In this document: positions 50,701 through 63,134 of the stretch, piece after piece
Layout: the number at the start of each line of letters is the position of its first letter
Numbering within the stretch: the stretch's first letter is position 1
Program-made: the position numbers and the translations under genes
Assembly: GCA_951406725.2 (NCBI GenBank)
Contig: OX597815.1
Span: forward strand, 114,018,001 to 114,082,000
Source of the DNA: Octopus vulgaris
Taxonomy: Eukaryota
Length of the DNA: 64,000 nucleotides
Reading direction: 5' to 3'
The notes under the pieces: generated by a model
What the model saw: the letters and a program-made list of their open reading frames with translations, nothing else
Told to the model about the DNA's origin: nothing
Databases searched by the model: none

Positions 50701-53700
50701 CACACAACCACTCCTATGCCTACATTTGTCTGACATTTTGTAGGGTTTGGTAGAGGAGTTTGAGCTCAACCTTTTTCTGTTTGGTCACATTTTGGTTGTA
50801 GGTGTAAGTTGGAACTGAGGGTAAGAAATGTAATTTGATTTGGGTTGAGTGTTTGTTGGGTAGGTTAAGAATTTATCTTCCTGAGTGGGTTGAGTGTTTT
50901 TTATTTTTTTTATTTTATAAATCAATTAGCAATGAATAACCAATAGACTGTTGAATTGAACAAAAATACCTTGTAGTCGTCTACACAAGTCACATCACTT
51001 TATACCAAAAGTATGAAATGAATAAAATAGTGCGAGACAAAGTATCAGGATCAATATAAGCAGTTACAACACCTGAAGGTAGTACCTCAGCTTTGTCATT
51101 GCCCAGTGACTGTAAAAGAGTATCATATCAGCACAATATTGCGACCCCACAAACATTTTAATCATGACCCAATTTCATATGAACCAGATAAAATTGTAAT
51201 ATGTCACCTCAAGCTCAATTAATTCAGATTTGATTCTATGACATTGTATTAGTTAATGAATTTACATAAATGTCTTTTCTTTTTCACAGACAGATTGACA
51301 TCTTTCACCTTGTCAACTTTTTTTAACTTACTATTCACTTAATGTTTTTTCTGTGTCAGTTTTGTTAAACGTTTTGTCCCAAATTTTTGAAGAAAAAACA
51401 TATAAAAATACTTTCTTTCTCTCCTTAAAATTTTACCAAATTATTTCATGTTTTTTTTTCCATATTTACTCTTATATTTTCTTTCCTTTTTTTTTTCTTA
51501 TTAACTAGGAGAAACAATGAAGATGAATCTATTTCAAAGTGTAACCAATGCGATGGAGATAGCTCTAGAATCTGATCCAACTGCTGGTTTGTTTCATTAT
51601 TTTGTTTTTATATATGGAGAGATCTATTTTGTTTTGCTATTTTGCATCCTTTTTTTTGGGGGGGGGGGGAGCAATTATTATTGCAGTTATACATCCTTCC
51701 TATTGTTGACCACTCAATTACAAAGTAGGAGAGAAACCTTTTTGTCAAACTGACAAATAGCTAGTCTAATTCCTAGCTAAATTAAGACAATTTGAATAAA
51801 GGGAATCAACTATTTTGACTACCTCATAATACCAACTCATTTGCTCTTTTCAACCTCATCATTTGCACACCATGTACTTCCACCATCTCTCCAAGTTCCA
51901 CAAGGTCAATGTCTCAGTTTATCCTATTGTTTCTACTTGCCACTGCCCTAGTGAACTCATTTCAAAATATCTTGACTAACTCTTCCCACCATTGCTACCA
52001 GTCTTCTCACCCACATCCATGACACCAATCATACCCTCAGCCTCTTCATCTCGTCCCTCCCCTCACTGGTCACTCCCAGCTGCTTTTTTTTTATGGATGT
52101 TAAATCCTTTTACAGCATCATCTAAAACAGTGGTTCCCAAAGTGGGCGGTACTGGCCCCTGGGGGTCGGTGAAAAGATCCAGGGGGTGCTTTGAAGAAAA
52201 ATGGGGTAATAATGGGGTGACCAAAATGGGTCAGTGGATGAAAAAACAAAAAGCAAATCAAATAAAGGGCTAATTAGGTTAAGTTTTATTTGTGAAATGC
52301 TGTTGTTTCGAATTTGCTGCAGAAAATGGTCTTTGTCTGTGATGGTGAAGAGGAACGTGGCCTTAGAACCAGGGGGTGACAGCCTTAAAAAGTTTGGGAA
52401 CCACTGATCTAAAACAACATACTCCTAATCTTCACATTCTTCTTTGACCTTTGCACTGAAGTCCAGTACTCTTATACTTCATCACATTGAACTCATCTTA
52501 CACTCAACTTTTTCTCTTTTTCCAGAACATTTTATCTGTAGTTCACTGGAGTGGCTATGGGTACTAGGGTTTCCACCCCTAGCTGCACCATCCAGATTTT
52601 GGATGTGCTGAGGCCCAAATCTTCGCTTGTTTTAGAGGCCTCCACCCTCCAAAACAGTTATACAGCTGTTGTATTGATTATTGTACCTACACTATCTCCA
52701 TTTCTTTTAGCAACTTTTTCCACCCTATGTTAGAGTTCACATCTACAATCTCTAAAACATCTGTCAACTTTGATTTCAATTGATTTCCATTTCAATTAAC
52801 CACACAAACCTTTTCACCTCTGTCTTTTACATATCAACACACTCTCACACATAGATTGATTTCTCTTCATTCTACCCAATACACATTAAATGTCATCCCC
52901 CTCTAACAGTTCCTCCATCTCAGCTACATTTCTTTTCTCTAATGTCGTTACTCTCAACCAGCTGTCCATGCAGACAGACATTCAACCCTAGCTACTGGCA
53001 TCATTTCTGCCCTCCTGCCCCACCAGAAACCACTTTCTTTTCTTATTTCTCATCCAACTGAACTCTCCATGCACCATCTTGCACAACTGCTATTTTCTCT
53101 AATATATGTGTGTATGTCTGGTGTACAGGGTGTACAGGAGGGGTAGTACCTCTGACAGGACAACAGTCATGCTCCTCCTCGGAGAAGTTGATCCACCTTG
53201 GTCCCCACCTGCACTCAGCTCTCACTTGTGACTCCTAGTAGCTATTTGTATGCAACAGTGGTCACACCCCAGGCAATGGCTTCGACTAGCCGGCTAAACC
53301 AAGCGAAGGTAGCCGACCAGGCTTAAACTTTCGGCAAGTTAGGGCTTGCCTACCTACGCATACGAAGACTGGAGCCAGCTGATTCTACAGAAGGAACCAC
53401 CATAACGGTTTCAATGGATAAGAGGGCGGTTACAGCAGAGCACCATGGAGTGCATAGGGCAAGGTGAAGCACTATAGGACATTTTGGTCATTCACTTCAT
53501 CCGGTTCTGTCCCCAGTCATCTCAATCTGGTCTTGCCACTGGTTAAGACGGTCTCAGATGAGAGACTGAGGTTGGCGATGCACAACCCTTCCTCACTTTA
53601 AACAAAGTTTCCTTGCGCAAGTCATCTTTCATCCTTCTTTCCACCCCTTCATCCCAAAGTCCTGTGGTGACAGGCACATGATGAAGCAACAGGTGTGGGT

Positions 53701-56700
53701 ACACTGAAAGTCATAGCCACAAACCTGCACAAACCCACCAACTCACAAAACAAGCCCACCCCCACCCCACGATGACTAGATGGTCTTCGTCGCATCAACG
53801 GACAAACTACATGTGCATACATGTTGATGTTTCCATGTCTTTACATGAGATTAGCTGAACAAAAGATAGTGATGTCATATTTATATTCCCTATGGACAAT
53901 ATACACTTTTGAAATCAAGTGGGATAAAAAAAAATTACTTACTTGAAAAACAGGAATGGCATCCAACCATAAAATATTGCCTCAAGTTAGTATCTATCTA
54001 ACCCAGTGGGTCTTAACTGGGGTTCATATGACCCCTGAGGGTCCATGTAAGATTTTGGGGGATCCCCAATAGTATTTTAAGGACTCCTAAAACAATTTTG
54101 CTTTAGATGTATGTATTGTGAGAAACGGCTAGGTTTCTTTCTCTAACATTTTACATAGTTCAACCTACACAAGCTAATGCGTGAAAAACGAAACAAATAG
54201 GAATCTTGAAAGAAGTTTCTATAAAACTAGTTTTTAAATGTCAAATGGCTATGGAGCTCCATAGATAAAAAAAATGGTTGAGAACCCCTAACCAATACCA
54301 ACATGGAAAACTGAGTGGGGATAGCTTTATGCCAGTTGATGAGAGGGACAGAAACTGATGTGTTGTTGTACAGGAGATACGTGGCTACCCCGGCTGGTAA
54401 AAAGAGGAGAAATACAGAGAGAGGGAGCTGGTGGAGATATGTTGGGGCATATCCTCAAGGTGTAGTGGTGAGAGGAGGTGAACATAAGTGAAGTATTACA
54501 GAGGCAACAGGGTGAGTGGACTGAAAGTTCACAAGAGTGAGAAAGTAAAGCAGGAAAGAGGAAGAGGAATGCAGTGAATGGTGAACATGGGTGAAGGGGA
54601 CCCAATTCTATTCCATTATTGAATACATAGACACATTTTTCTTCTTCTGTACAAGTAGAGCTTAACAAAAGACAAATTGTCTGTAGCATTGTTTCTTTCT
54701 TTTCTACACAGCATAATACATTGACTTTGTTGTTGTTTAATTTTTGTTCTCAGTATTCTTCTGTCCATCAACACTGTGAAACCTGTATAGCAGGTTTATG
54801 TTCATGTCTTAGCAAGGTTTTCAATTTCATGTTCATTCTACCATTTCGCTGTTATAGTAACAATATAGTTGCTCTATAACTCATTTAAAGTATTTTGTTG
54901 AGCTGTGTAAAGAAGTGGAGGGAACCTGTGGCAGAGGTAGACTCAGGAAGACAATAAATAGTGATCGAGACCTTTGGCAATATGCTCTGCTTAAGAGGAC
55001 TCATCAAGCCAAGTGCATCTGTGCTGGTGGCATGTAAAAAATCAACCTTTGAACATTGGGCCTCATGGAGGCAACGTGGCTGAGTTGCTTTCAATCACTG
55101 GGCATCATGGTGGCAAACTAACTGAGTTCCTTTCAAGCGTTGGGCCTCATGGAGGCAAAGTGGTTGAGTTCCTTTCGAATGTTGGGCCTCATGAAGGCAA
55201 TGACCAAGACATCATCATCATCGTATAACGTCTACTTTCCATAGTAGCATGCATTGGATGGTTTGATTGAGGACTACCAAGCCAGGGGGCTGCACCAGGC
55301 TCCAATCTGATCTGGCAAGGTTTCTACAGTTGGATGCCCTTCCTAACGCCAACCACTTTGAGAATTTAGTAGGTGCTTTTTACATGCCACCAGCATAAGG
55401 GCCAGTCAGGTGGCACTGGCATTGACCACGTTTGAACAGTGCTTTTTACATGCCAGTGGCACGTAATTCTAATAACCATCCCCAGTAATGCATTTAAAGC
55501 AAATGATAATAATATTAATATTATTAATAATAGAAATAATAACACCAATAATAAGGATAATGAGAAAATAGACAGCTTATCTATAGATCCTAACAGTAAA
55601 CGTGGAAACTGGAGTAAACGGAGGCACAATAATTATAGAAGCCTGGATAAGGCAACCACCACTAGCCTCGATAATTTTGACAACTGCAATGATACCAAGG
55701 ATAAGTACCAAAAGAACAATAGAAGTATTAGTAATATGGAAAAATGACCTGTAAATAATAATAAAAATAATAACAACAACAGCAATAATAATAATAATAA
55801 TATTAATTATAATAGAAATAAAAATAAAAGCAAAAACAATAAACAATAAACATAACATAAAAAACCCCAACAACAGAAATAATGAAAATGACACTGTCTA
55901 GTTAATCATTCCTTTCGCTATGCAAATTAAAGATAACATAGTCAAAACAATATTTATTTTATCTTTCAATCTCAAATGTTAAAAATAACTTATTTCTCTT
56001 GCTTATGTGAGTGGGAAAATTTAACAAATAGGGAGATTTGTAAGGTGTTGGAACGACTGTTCTTTTAAAGCTACAACCAACCACTCAACAACAGGTATGG
56101 CTGTGTGGTTAAGAAGTTTGCTTCATATTCACATGGTTCTGAGGTCAATCTCGATGTGCAGCACCTTGGGCAATGTCTTCTATCACACTTCTGGGTTGAC
56201 TAATACTTTGTGAGTAGAATTTCATGGGTAGAAACTACACTGAAGCCCATTACATGTGTGTGTGTGTGTGTATGTATATGTACCAGGGCAAATTGCAAGT
56301 GCATAATGAATGTTTAATTATATGAATGCTTTAATTACATTCTACAATCATAAAAGAAGTAAGGGTACATTAAATAATGTTGCTGTAATTAACCCTAAAA
56401 GACAGACTAGCTGTGTCTAGAATACCTTCAAACCTTTGACACACCAATATGTAGGTTGAAATCTCATTGTCTCACTGATAGAAAGTAGTGCTTTGGGGCA
56501 GTTGTTTGGATGCAGATGATTTGGCACAATTGAAGTAGCCACGAGATTCACTTGGATTGTGCTCTGCCATTGCAAAGAAGGAAGGATGGCCTATGTATCT
56601 CTAGATATACAGAAGAATGTAAGAGTTTGAACCAGAACACCTTTGATTATGGGTGCACTCAATCAAAACTGACTTGGGATTAGATGTCATTTTAGCTAAC

Positions 56701-59700
56701 CAAATTTTCTGTCTTAAAGAAAGAAAGGCATGTTAGACAATGAAGTTATAAGAGCAAGACAAAAGTATCATACTTGCAGTGCGTTGAACATAGACCTGCT
56801 AAATTAGGTTGATCTGGATTTAAACAGCCACATTATAACTGTTCATGAGATACACTGTGACTGCTTGACCTGCTAGAAATAGTGTCAAATTTCCTTTTAA
56901 ACAACATCTTACTAGCTTAAAAGGGAAAGATTACATTGGATTATGTAGTTCTGGTTATATTGTCTGAAAATAAGGAATACCTTTGGTCATAAATACTTGT
57001 AGTTAATGCAGAAATTCAGACTGGAACATCTTTTTTCATTTCATCAGTGTTGATAAATATCAGAAATATATAAAAAAAATTCCTTGTTCCTTATTCCCTT
57101 CTATTGCAAAAAAGTCTACCTCTCTCCATTATGCATGAATATTTGGATATTTATCACAATTAATTTATTCTGATGCTCTTACTATTAATAATTCCTAGTT
57201 TCTTTTTTAACAGTGTATGGCTTAGATTAGTATTGTGAAGGCTTTCTGATCTTAATTATTTCACCATCCCTGGTTAAAAATTATTGGAATGCTTCAAAGT
57301 TCCTTCAATAATTTTTTTTAACTTCAAACTACACAAAAAGAATATTTAATAAACCTTTTTATTTTGTATTTTGTATATTGATTTTACTTGTTATTGTTGG
57401 TGATGTTTAGCTCCAAGTCAACTGCAAACCTATGATTGGAAGTGTTCTGACTATAACCATTCTGTTTCTTATCAGTCACAGTATATATATTCATTTTTTT
57501 TCTCTTCAAGATGAGAAGAGGTATGATTTGAGGGAGATTTGGGTAATGATAATAATGAACTTTTTGTATAGTGTTCAGGTGCACAACACTCATTGGAAAA
57601 CATTAAAAGAGGGTACAGAAAGCAGCCATAAGTCAAGTAAAGAAAGACAACAATGAAAAACAAAGGTACATGCATAAAAAAGCCAGAAAACTGAACAGTA
57701 AAAGAGCCATAATAAGGAAAGACACATCAGAAGTAATGTTGGCAAATTTCAGGACACATGGAATTTTTGAAGAATGTATCCTGACAGCTAGCAATGATGT
57801 GGGTAGTGTATTTCATGCTTTGACAGTTCTGTATGTGAAAAAAATATTCCGAAATGTCGTGGTGCTGCACTGTTTTTTTTTTCTTTTTTTTTTTCTATAA
57901 GCTTGCCCATGAGTTATTGGTGTTGAATTCAAAAAGATGGCTTAAGTTGTTGTTGGAAAGACAGTGGATGATCTTGTGAGCTTCTGCCAAGTTTGCTGCT
58001 TAACATTGAAACGTCAGTGTGTTGATGCCCAATGAAGCAATACATTCAAGATACAAGGGCATAAACAAAGCAACACTGCTGTCAAGTAGTGGTGGAGAAC
58101 ATACAGCCTTCCCCCATATAAATATATGGTTGGCATTAGGAAGGGCATCCAGCCATAGAAATCATGCCAAAGCAGACATGGAGCCTGGCCAGCTCCTGTC
58201 AAACCATCGAACACTTGTCAGCATGGAAAATAGATGTTAAATGATGATGATATATACATACACATATGCACACACCATGGGCTTCTTACAGTTTCTGTCT
58301 TTTAAATCCATTCCCAAGGCTTTGGTTGATCTGGGACTATAATAGAAGACATTTGCCCAAGGTGCTGTGCAGTGGGACTGAACCTAAGATCACATGGCCG
58401 GAAAGCAAGTGTCTTGACCATACAGCCACATCTACGTAATCTTGAAAACAATGTTAGAATGATAAAACATAAAAGTGATGACAACAAAATATTTGTAACA
58501 CTATTTTGCCTAAAGGTAAAAAACCCCAAATCAGTTGATGTATTATTTACTAATCACCGAAGTTAAAAATTTAATGCATGTTTTATTTATATTTTTTATC
58601 TACAGTTATATTTGGAGAGGATGTAGCCTTTGGAGGAGTTTTCCGATGTACTGTAGGCTTAAAAGATAAATTTGGTAATGTTAAACATTTTATTATTTCT
58701 TCTTTTATGAGTTAAAATCCTGCTTTTGTTGTCTTTATCTTTCATCCTTTCAAAGTTAATAAAATGTGTACCGGGTTCACTTTAATCAACTTTTACGCTT
58801 CTTTTTCTTTTAATATTTATTTATTTATATATATGTCTCAACATTCACTTCTTAATAATTACTTTTGAAATAATGACAAACTTTTATTTGGAAATTGTAC
58901 TGCCTAGTAATTGATTTAATCTGTGAAATTAAACTAATTACATCATGGAAGACGTAAATTTGGCCATTCAAAAGACACAAAAACTGTTAACTTCATTTGA
59001 TCATTTATTATTTGGTGTTAAAATGCCTGTTGCATTATCTGCAATTTGGTCACTAATACAGTTCCACTGGAACTCATTTCTTTTGAATGGCTAATATGTG
59101 TCTTCCATGCTGTAAATACTGACAGACTTAATTTGTTAAAATGTGTGTGTGGTGTAAAAACATCTGAAAAATATTTATTATTCTCTTATAAGATTTTCTT
59201 AAAAAATCATATTTAGAGATTTTCCCAAGATTTAAGAACAACATAGAGGTTTTCTGTAACAATTATTTTCTTGAACCATTTTCCCCCATATAAATGTAAT
59301 TATTAAACTAATGTAGAAACTATTATTCTGATTCTTATAATGTAATATTTTAAACAAACTTTTTACGTTATAAAATACTGATATTTAATTCACAAATCTC
59401 TTCTGGAAGGTTTGAAAATGTAACCAATATGAAAAAAATAAACCTATAGATTTTAGAGTTAAATTCACCAAAATAAGTCGATTTCTGTGACTTTTCAAAG
59501 TTTATACATTTCTATTTCTTTTAGGTAAAGATCGGGTCTTTAACACTCCCCTCAGTGAGCAAGGAATAGTAGCATTTGGAATTGGTGTTGCAACAACAGG
59601 TGCAACTGCTATTGCTGAAATTCAATTTGCCGATTATATTTTTCCTGCATTTGACCAAGTCAGTTCTTCAGATTTTATTTACTAAAAATTGCTCCCATTG

Positions 59701-62252
59701 AATGGCATATTGCTAATATTTTAAATTCCAGTGCTTTTCATTATCATATCTTATCCTGTTTTGTTTTTTTAATATAGCATCATTTGAACATGCCTGCAAA
59801 ATAGCATCTTTCAACACATTTCGAGCATGTGTACAAATATTATTAAACCCTATAATCCCTAAGACTTATTTTGCAGTTTTAGTTTTCCCAGGGTTATCCT
59901 ACAATCTGGGCTTAAAAGAGTTAAGCTTTGTTCTAAAAATAATTGTAGGGTTTATTATACATGTGTATGTGTGTGTGTATACACAAACATATAGATATAT
60001 GTACATATACACACGTAGGTTCACAATCCAATGTAAGTTATAGATCCAACATAGGGGTAGTTGCAGGTATGGCCTTTGTATAAAAGAAGAACACAAGTAG
60101 ATCCTAAAGGTTCATAACAACTGTTTCAATAGTATTTCTTTTATTGATGAATAGATCAATTACATCATGAACAAATCCACTTCCATCAGGTTGAGTTTAA
60201 AGTTAGGCAGGAGATTCCGATCAACTTTGCTAGACATGTCTAGCAAAGCAAGTTGCTCGGAATCTTCTCTAGCAAGAAAGACAAAATTGGGCAGCAATGT
60301 TAAACCCCCTCCTACACCAAAAGCCAACCACTTAAGAATGGCCATGGAAAAAGTGATTACACAGGTGGTGCTCCAGCATGGCTGCAGCTTTTAAGGTGAG
60401 ATGCACAAAAGAATGTATATATATGTGTGTGTATAACTGGCTCTCTGTTGGTTACGACAATGAGGGTTCCAATTGATCCAATCAATAGAACAACCTGAGA
60501 ACAGTCAAAATCAAACCAAATCAACATCAGTGGAAATTGCAGCTGTGGTTAAGCGAACCATCCGATCGTTTGTCCGTTGCCAACCTTGCCTGGCCCCCGT
60601 GCCGTTGGCACGTAAAAGCACCATCCGTTCGTGTCCATTGCCAGCCTCGCCTGGCCCCCGTGCTGGTGGCACGTAAAAGCACCATCCGCTCGTGTCCGTT
60701 GCCAGCCTCGCCTGGCCCCCGTGCCGGTAGCACGTAAAAGCACCATCCGTTCGTGTCCATTGCCAGCCTCGCCTGGCCCCCGTGCTGGTGGCACGTAAAA
60801 ACACCATCCGTTCATGGCCGTTTGCCAACTCTGTCTGGCACCTGTGCAGGTGGCACGTAGAAAGCACCCACTACACTCACGGAGTGGTTGGCGTTAGGAA
60901 GGGCATCCAGCCGTAGAAACACTGCCAAATCTGACAGGGCCTGATGAAGCCTTCCGGCTTCACAGACCCCAGTTAAACCGTCCAACCCATGCTAGCATGG
61001 AAAACGAACGCTAAATGATGATGATGATGATGATGATGATGAAGATAAACAAAGTTCGTTTTTAATCTAAAATATACTCTCCTTCATTTTCTACAATGCT
61101 TTTCCATCTATCTGGTAGGCTTGCAAGGCCCCTCTTCAAGAATTCACTCGTCTGTGATGAAAAATACTCTTCCAGTACTGTTCTGACCTTGTCTATAGAA
61201 TTTATATTTTTTCCATCCAAGTGATTTTGAAGATTGCAGAATAAATGATAATCAGATTGAGCAATGTCCAGCAAATATGGTGGGTAGGGCATCATTTCCC
61301 ATTCAAACTGCCCCAGCCTTTGGAATGTCATCCTCACTGTATGTGACCAAGCATTATCCTGATGGAAGAACACCTTTCATCTTGAAACCAAGGTCGTTTT
61401 TCTTCTAGTGCTGATTTAAGCTGCTCAAGCTGCTTGCAGGAGATCTCTTTTGTTATTTTATTTGGGTTTAAAAATTTAAAATGGACTAAACCTTTCATGT
61501 CCCACCAAACAGATAACAGCACCTTATGTGAGTTAAGACCTTCTTTAGCCTGGCTGCCAGTGTTTTTTCTTTCCCTACCCTCTGTCTTCGGCACTTGACA
61601 TATTTATAGAGAACCCATTTCTTGTCACCAGTCACTATTCAGTTCGAAAAATGGTTCATTCACTCTCTGTGCATGATTAGACTCACAAAGTTTGTGAGGA
61701 ACCCATTGACCCAATTGGTTGACTTTTCTGATGGCACAAAGGTATCGATGAATAGTTGAATGATCAAATCCAAGCTTCTCTGCTAGTTCCTCAACAGTTA
61801 CGATGGGATTTTGTTCCTAGTCAAGCTCTACTGATCTTCCAGGATGAGGCTTGTCTTCTAGGCTGTAGTTTCTGGCTCGGAATTTCTGGAACCACTGTTG
61901 ATACTAGCTTATATTTATTGTCCAATCCCCATATACTGCATTAATATTCCTCACACTTTCCATTGTGTTGTTGCCTGAATATTCTCCTTTGTCACTTCCA
62001 TTATAGCTTTGAAAAAATTGCTGTTAAAATCGAACCGCACTCTTCAAAACGTGCACTGAGAATAAGACCAATGTAAAATTACTACCTGCTTCTATAGCAA
62101 GTTGATGCAGGTAGTTTATCCCGTCCCCCTCCAACTTTTAGTTGATGCAATTGAAAAAAAACGCATTATTAATAGGATGACCCAATATATGTATGTATAT
62201 ATGCATGTCCAGTCCATACCAGCATGGAAGACAGATGTTAAATGGTGTTATT

Positions 62253-62304
<52 letters not shown>

Positions 62305-62715
62305 AAAACATTTTTTCTCAAAGTCAAACACATGTAATAAATCTTACTCATTATGCCCCCAACTCCCATGTGTATATAGGTTTGTATGTGTGTGTGTAAA
62401 TATGTATATATATATATGCATATATACATACATACATACACACATATATATATATCATCATCATCATCATTTAACATCCATTGTCCATGCTGACATGGGT
62501 TAGATGGTATGACCATTCTGATTTGGTGTAGTTTTCTCTGTAAAGTAGTTGGTGTTAGAAAGGGCACCGAGCCATAGAAACTACACCAAATCAAACTGGA
62601 GTCAGGTGCAGCCCCCCCCCCAGTTTGCCAGCATGGACAACAGGCGTTAAATGATGATGACATATATATATATACATGTATATATGCATATATCTGTCTA
62701 TCTCTCTCTCTCTAG

Positions 62716-62746
<31 letters not shown>

Positions 62747-63134
62747 AACACATATATACATGTATACATACATACATGGGAGTTGCATACACAACAAGTA
62801 AGATATACTGTATGTTTGACTTTGAGAAAAAAACGTTTTACAAATGTTCATTTCCTTACAAAAACTGTATCACCTTAAATGCATTAAAAGCACTATGTCA
62901 TAATCTGAAAACTATTTCAATAAACTATTTCCATGCAACTCAAAAGCAAAAAAATATATATTTCTCTTTCCATTTCAGATTGTGAATGAAGCAGCAAAAT
63001 TCCGATATCGTACTGGTAATCTATTTAATATTGGTGGTCTTACCATTCGTACACCTTCGGGTGCAGTAGGACATGGTGCCTTATACCATTCACAGAGCCC
63101 TGAAGCACTTTTTGCCCATGTCCCAGGACTAAAG
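44175..63134 (+). CDS. BCKDHB: BCKDHB, branched-chain alpha-keto acid dehydrogenase E1 beta (mitochondrial), 5' part: join(44175-44316, 51509-51586, 58606-58674, 59525-59658, 62979-63134); continues beyond the window
   Basis: Spliced frame reads ...[117 protein letters not shown]; all junctions GT-AG and in phase. Confidence 0.97.
44708..44768. repeat. (AT)n microsatellite; others include (TA)n 40815-40849, (CA)n 41140-41183, (AG)n 38291-38318 and an AAT-rich tract 55490-55890
   Basis: Seen directly. Confidence 0.95.
45955..46380. repeat. Interspersed repeat with an inverted copy at 47908-48180 plus 49395-49470 (split by the Tx1-like LINE) and partial inverted copies at 45635-45930
   Basis: TTCGAAAGAAGTTCAAAATTTT, ACATCTAAAACGTAG, TGCGATTCTGCATT and GGTCC.ATAGAAG.C.GTGTTACTGTT each recur as reverse complements. 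Confidence 0.75.
48181..49394 (-). mobile_element. Tx1/L1-clade LINE 3' part (zf-RVT region and 3' UTR), 5'-truncated, inserted in a (TATC)n microsatellite
   Basis: ORF 48779-49393 has W..YREALP.RD.L.R.G....CPRC...DET..H.L..C; GC-rich; AATAAA at 48192-48187; flanked by (GATA)n and (GGTA)n. Confidence 0.85.
50320..50720 (-). mobile_element. SINE family B (tRNA-like head, central (TA/CA)n); other copies at about 42466-42785(+), 47205-47555(-), 56093-56270(+), 58265-58430(-), 15490-15615(-), 3569-3720(+)
   Basis: Dispersed repeats sharing GGTTCAGTCCCACTG..GGCACCTTGGGCAAGTGTCTTCTA..GTGAGTGGATTTGGTAGACGGAAACTGAAAGAAGC. Confidence 0.8.
51509..51586 (+). CDS. BCKDHB: BCKDHB exon 2 ([25 protein letters not shown])
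   Basis: Long pyrimidine tract plus CTAG acceptor; donor G|GTTTGT; 78 nt. Confidence 0.94.
52128..52406. mobile_element. hAT (Charlie-like) MITE, 279 bp
   Basis: Perfect 14-bp TIR CAGTGGTTCCCAAA / TTTGGGAACCACTG and perfect 8-bp TSD ATCTAAAA (52120-52127 and 52407-52414). Confidence 0.92.
53110..53812 (+). mobile_element. GC-rich non-coding insertion, possibly a non-autonomous RTE-derived element
   Basis: Sharp GC rise; 3' end GGTCTTCGTCGCATCAACGGACAAACTAC resembles RTE-type termini; no convincing ORF. Confidence 0.35.
54004..54289. mobile_element. Second, older hAT-like MITE
   Basis: Ends CAGTGGGTCTTAAC / GTTGAGAACCCCT; partial TSD (ATCTAACC / CTAACC). Confidence 0.6.
55052..55205. repeat. 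42-bp tandem repeat, about 3.6 diverged copies
   Basis: Unit approximately AATGTTGGGCCTCATGGAGGCAAAGTGGCTGAGTTCCTTTCA; visible as a 14-aa repeat in ORF 55013-55228. Confidence 0.8.
57547..58015 (-). mobile_element. Older CR1-type LINE 3' fragment
   Basis: TGTATAGTGTTCAGGTGCAC end motif and diverged similarity to 36290-36560. Confidence 0.55.
58606..58674 (+). CDS. BCKDHB: BCKDHB exon 3 ([24 protein letters not shown])
   Basis: Acceptor CTACAG, donor G|GTAATG; 69 nt. Confidence 0.97.
59525..59658 (+). CDS. BCKDHB: BCKDHB exon 4 ([44 protein letters not shown])
   Basis: Acceptor TTTTAG, donor CAA|GTCAGT; 134 nt. Confidence 0.97.
60540..61042 (+). mobile_element. SINE-like element with (ATG)n tail and an internal 61-bp tandem array; tail also at about 1465-1600, 14455-14690, 33962-34125(-), 55210-55460(-), 58125-58250, 62540-62660
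   Basis: Shared GGTTGGCGTTAGGAAGGGCATCCAGC.GTAGAAAC..CCAACCCATGCTAGCATGGAAAA..(GAT)n. Confidence 0.75.
60557..60860. repeat. GC-rich 61-bp tandem repeat, about 4.5 copies
   Basis: Unit CCATCCGTTCGTGTCCATTGCCAGCCTCGCCTGGCCCCCGTGCTGGTGGCACGTAAAAGCA, near-identical copies. Confidence 0.92.
61045..62185 (-). mobile_element. Decayed mariner (DD34D-type) transposon; one TIR retained
   Basis: Frameshifted [45 protein letters not shown]; TIR-like TTGGGTCATCCTATTAA next to TA at 62185-62187. Confidence 0.88.
62300..62845. repeat. Imperfect inverted repeat (arms about 62300-62495 and 62627-62845)
   Basis: TTTTTTCTCAAAGTCAAACA..CAACTCCCATG mirrored by CATGGGAGTTG..TGTTTGACTTTGAGAAAAAA; CATCATTTAAC..TGTCCATGCTG mirrored by CAGCATGGACA..GTTAAATGATG. 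Confidence 0.8.
62979..63134 (+). CDS. BCKDHB: BCKDHB exon 5 ([52 protein letters not shown])
   Basis: Acceptor TTTCAG, donor AAG|GTGACT; 156 nt. Confidence 0.97.

Noticed and set aside
55439-55894. Asn-rich ORF (+) and hydrophobic Ile/Leu-rich ORFs (-)
   Set aside because: These are translations of an AAT-rich low-complexity tract.
60557-60860. Regular repeats resembling a CRISPR array, with repetitive ORFs on both strands
   Set aside because: The units are contiguous with no unique spacers, there are no cas genes, and the context is a eukaryotic intron. It is a minisatellite.
60941-60970. CTGATGA followed by a hairpin (hammerhead-like)
   Set aside because: There is no GAAA after the stem, and other copies of this repeat lack CTGATGA.
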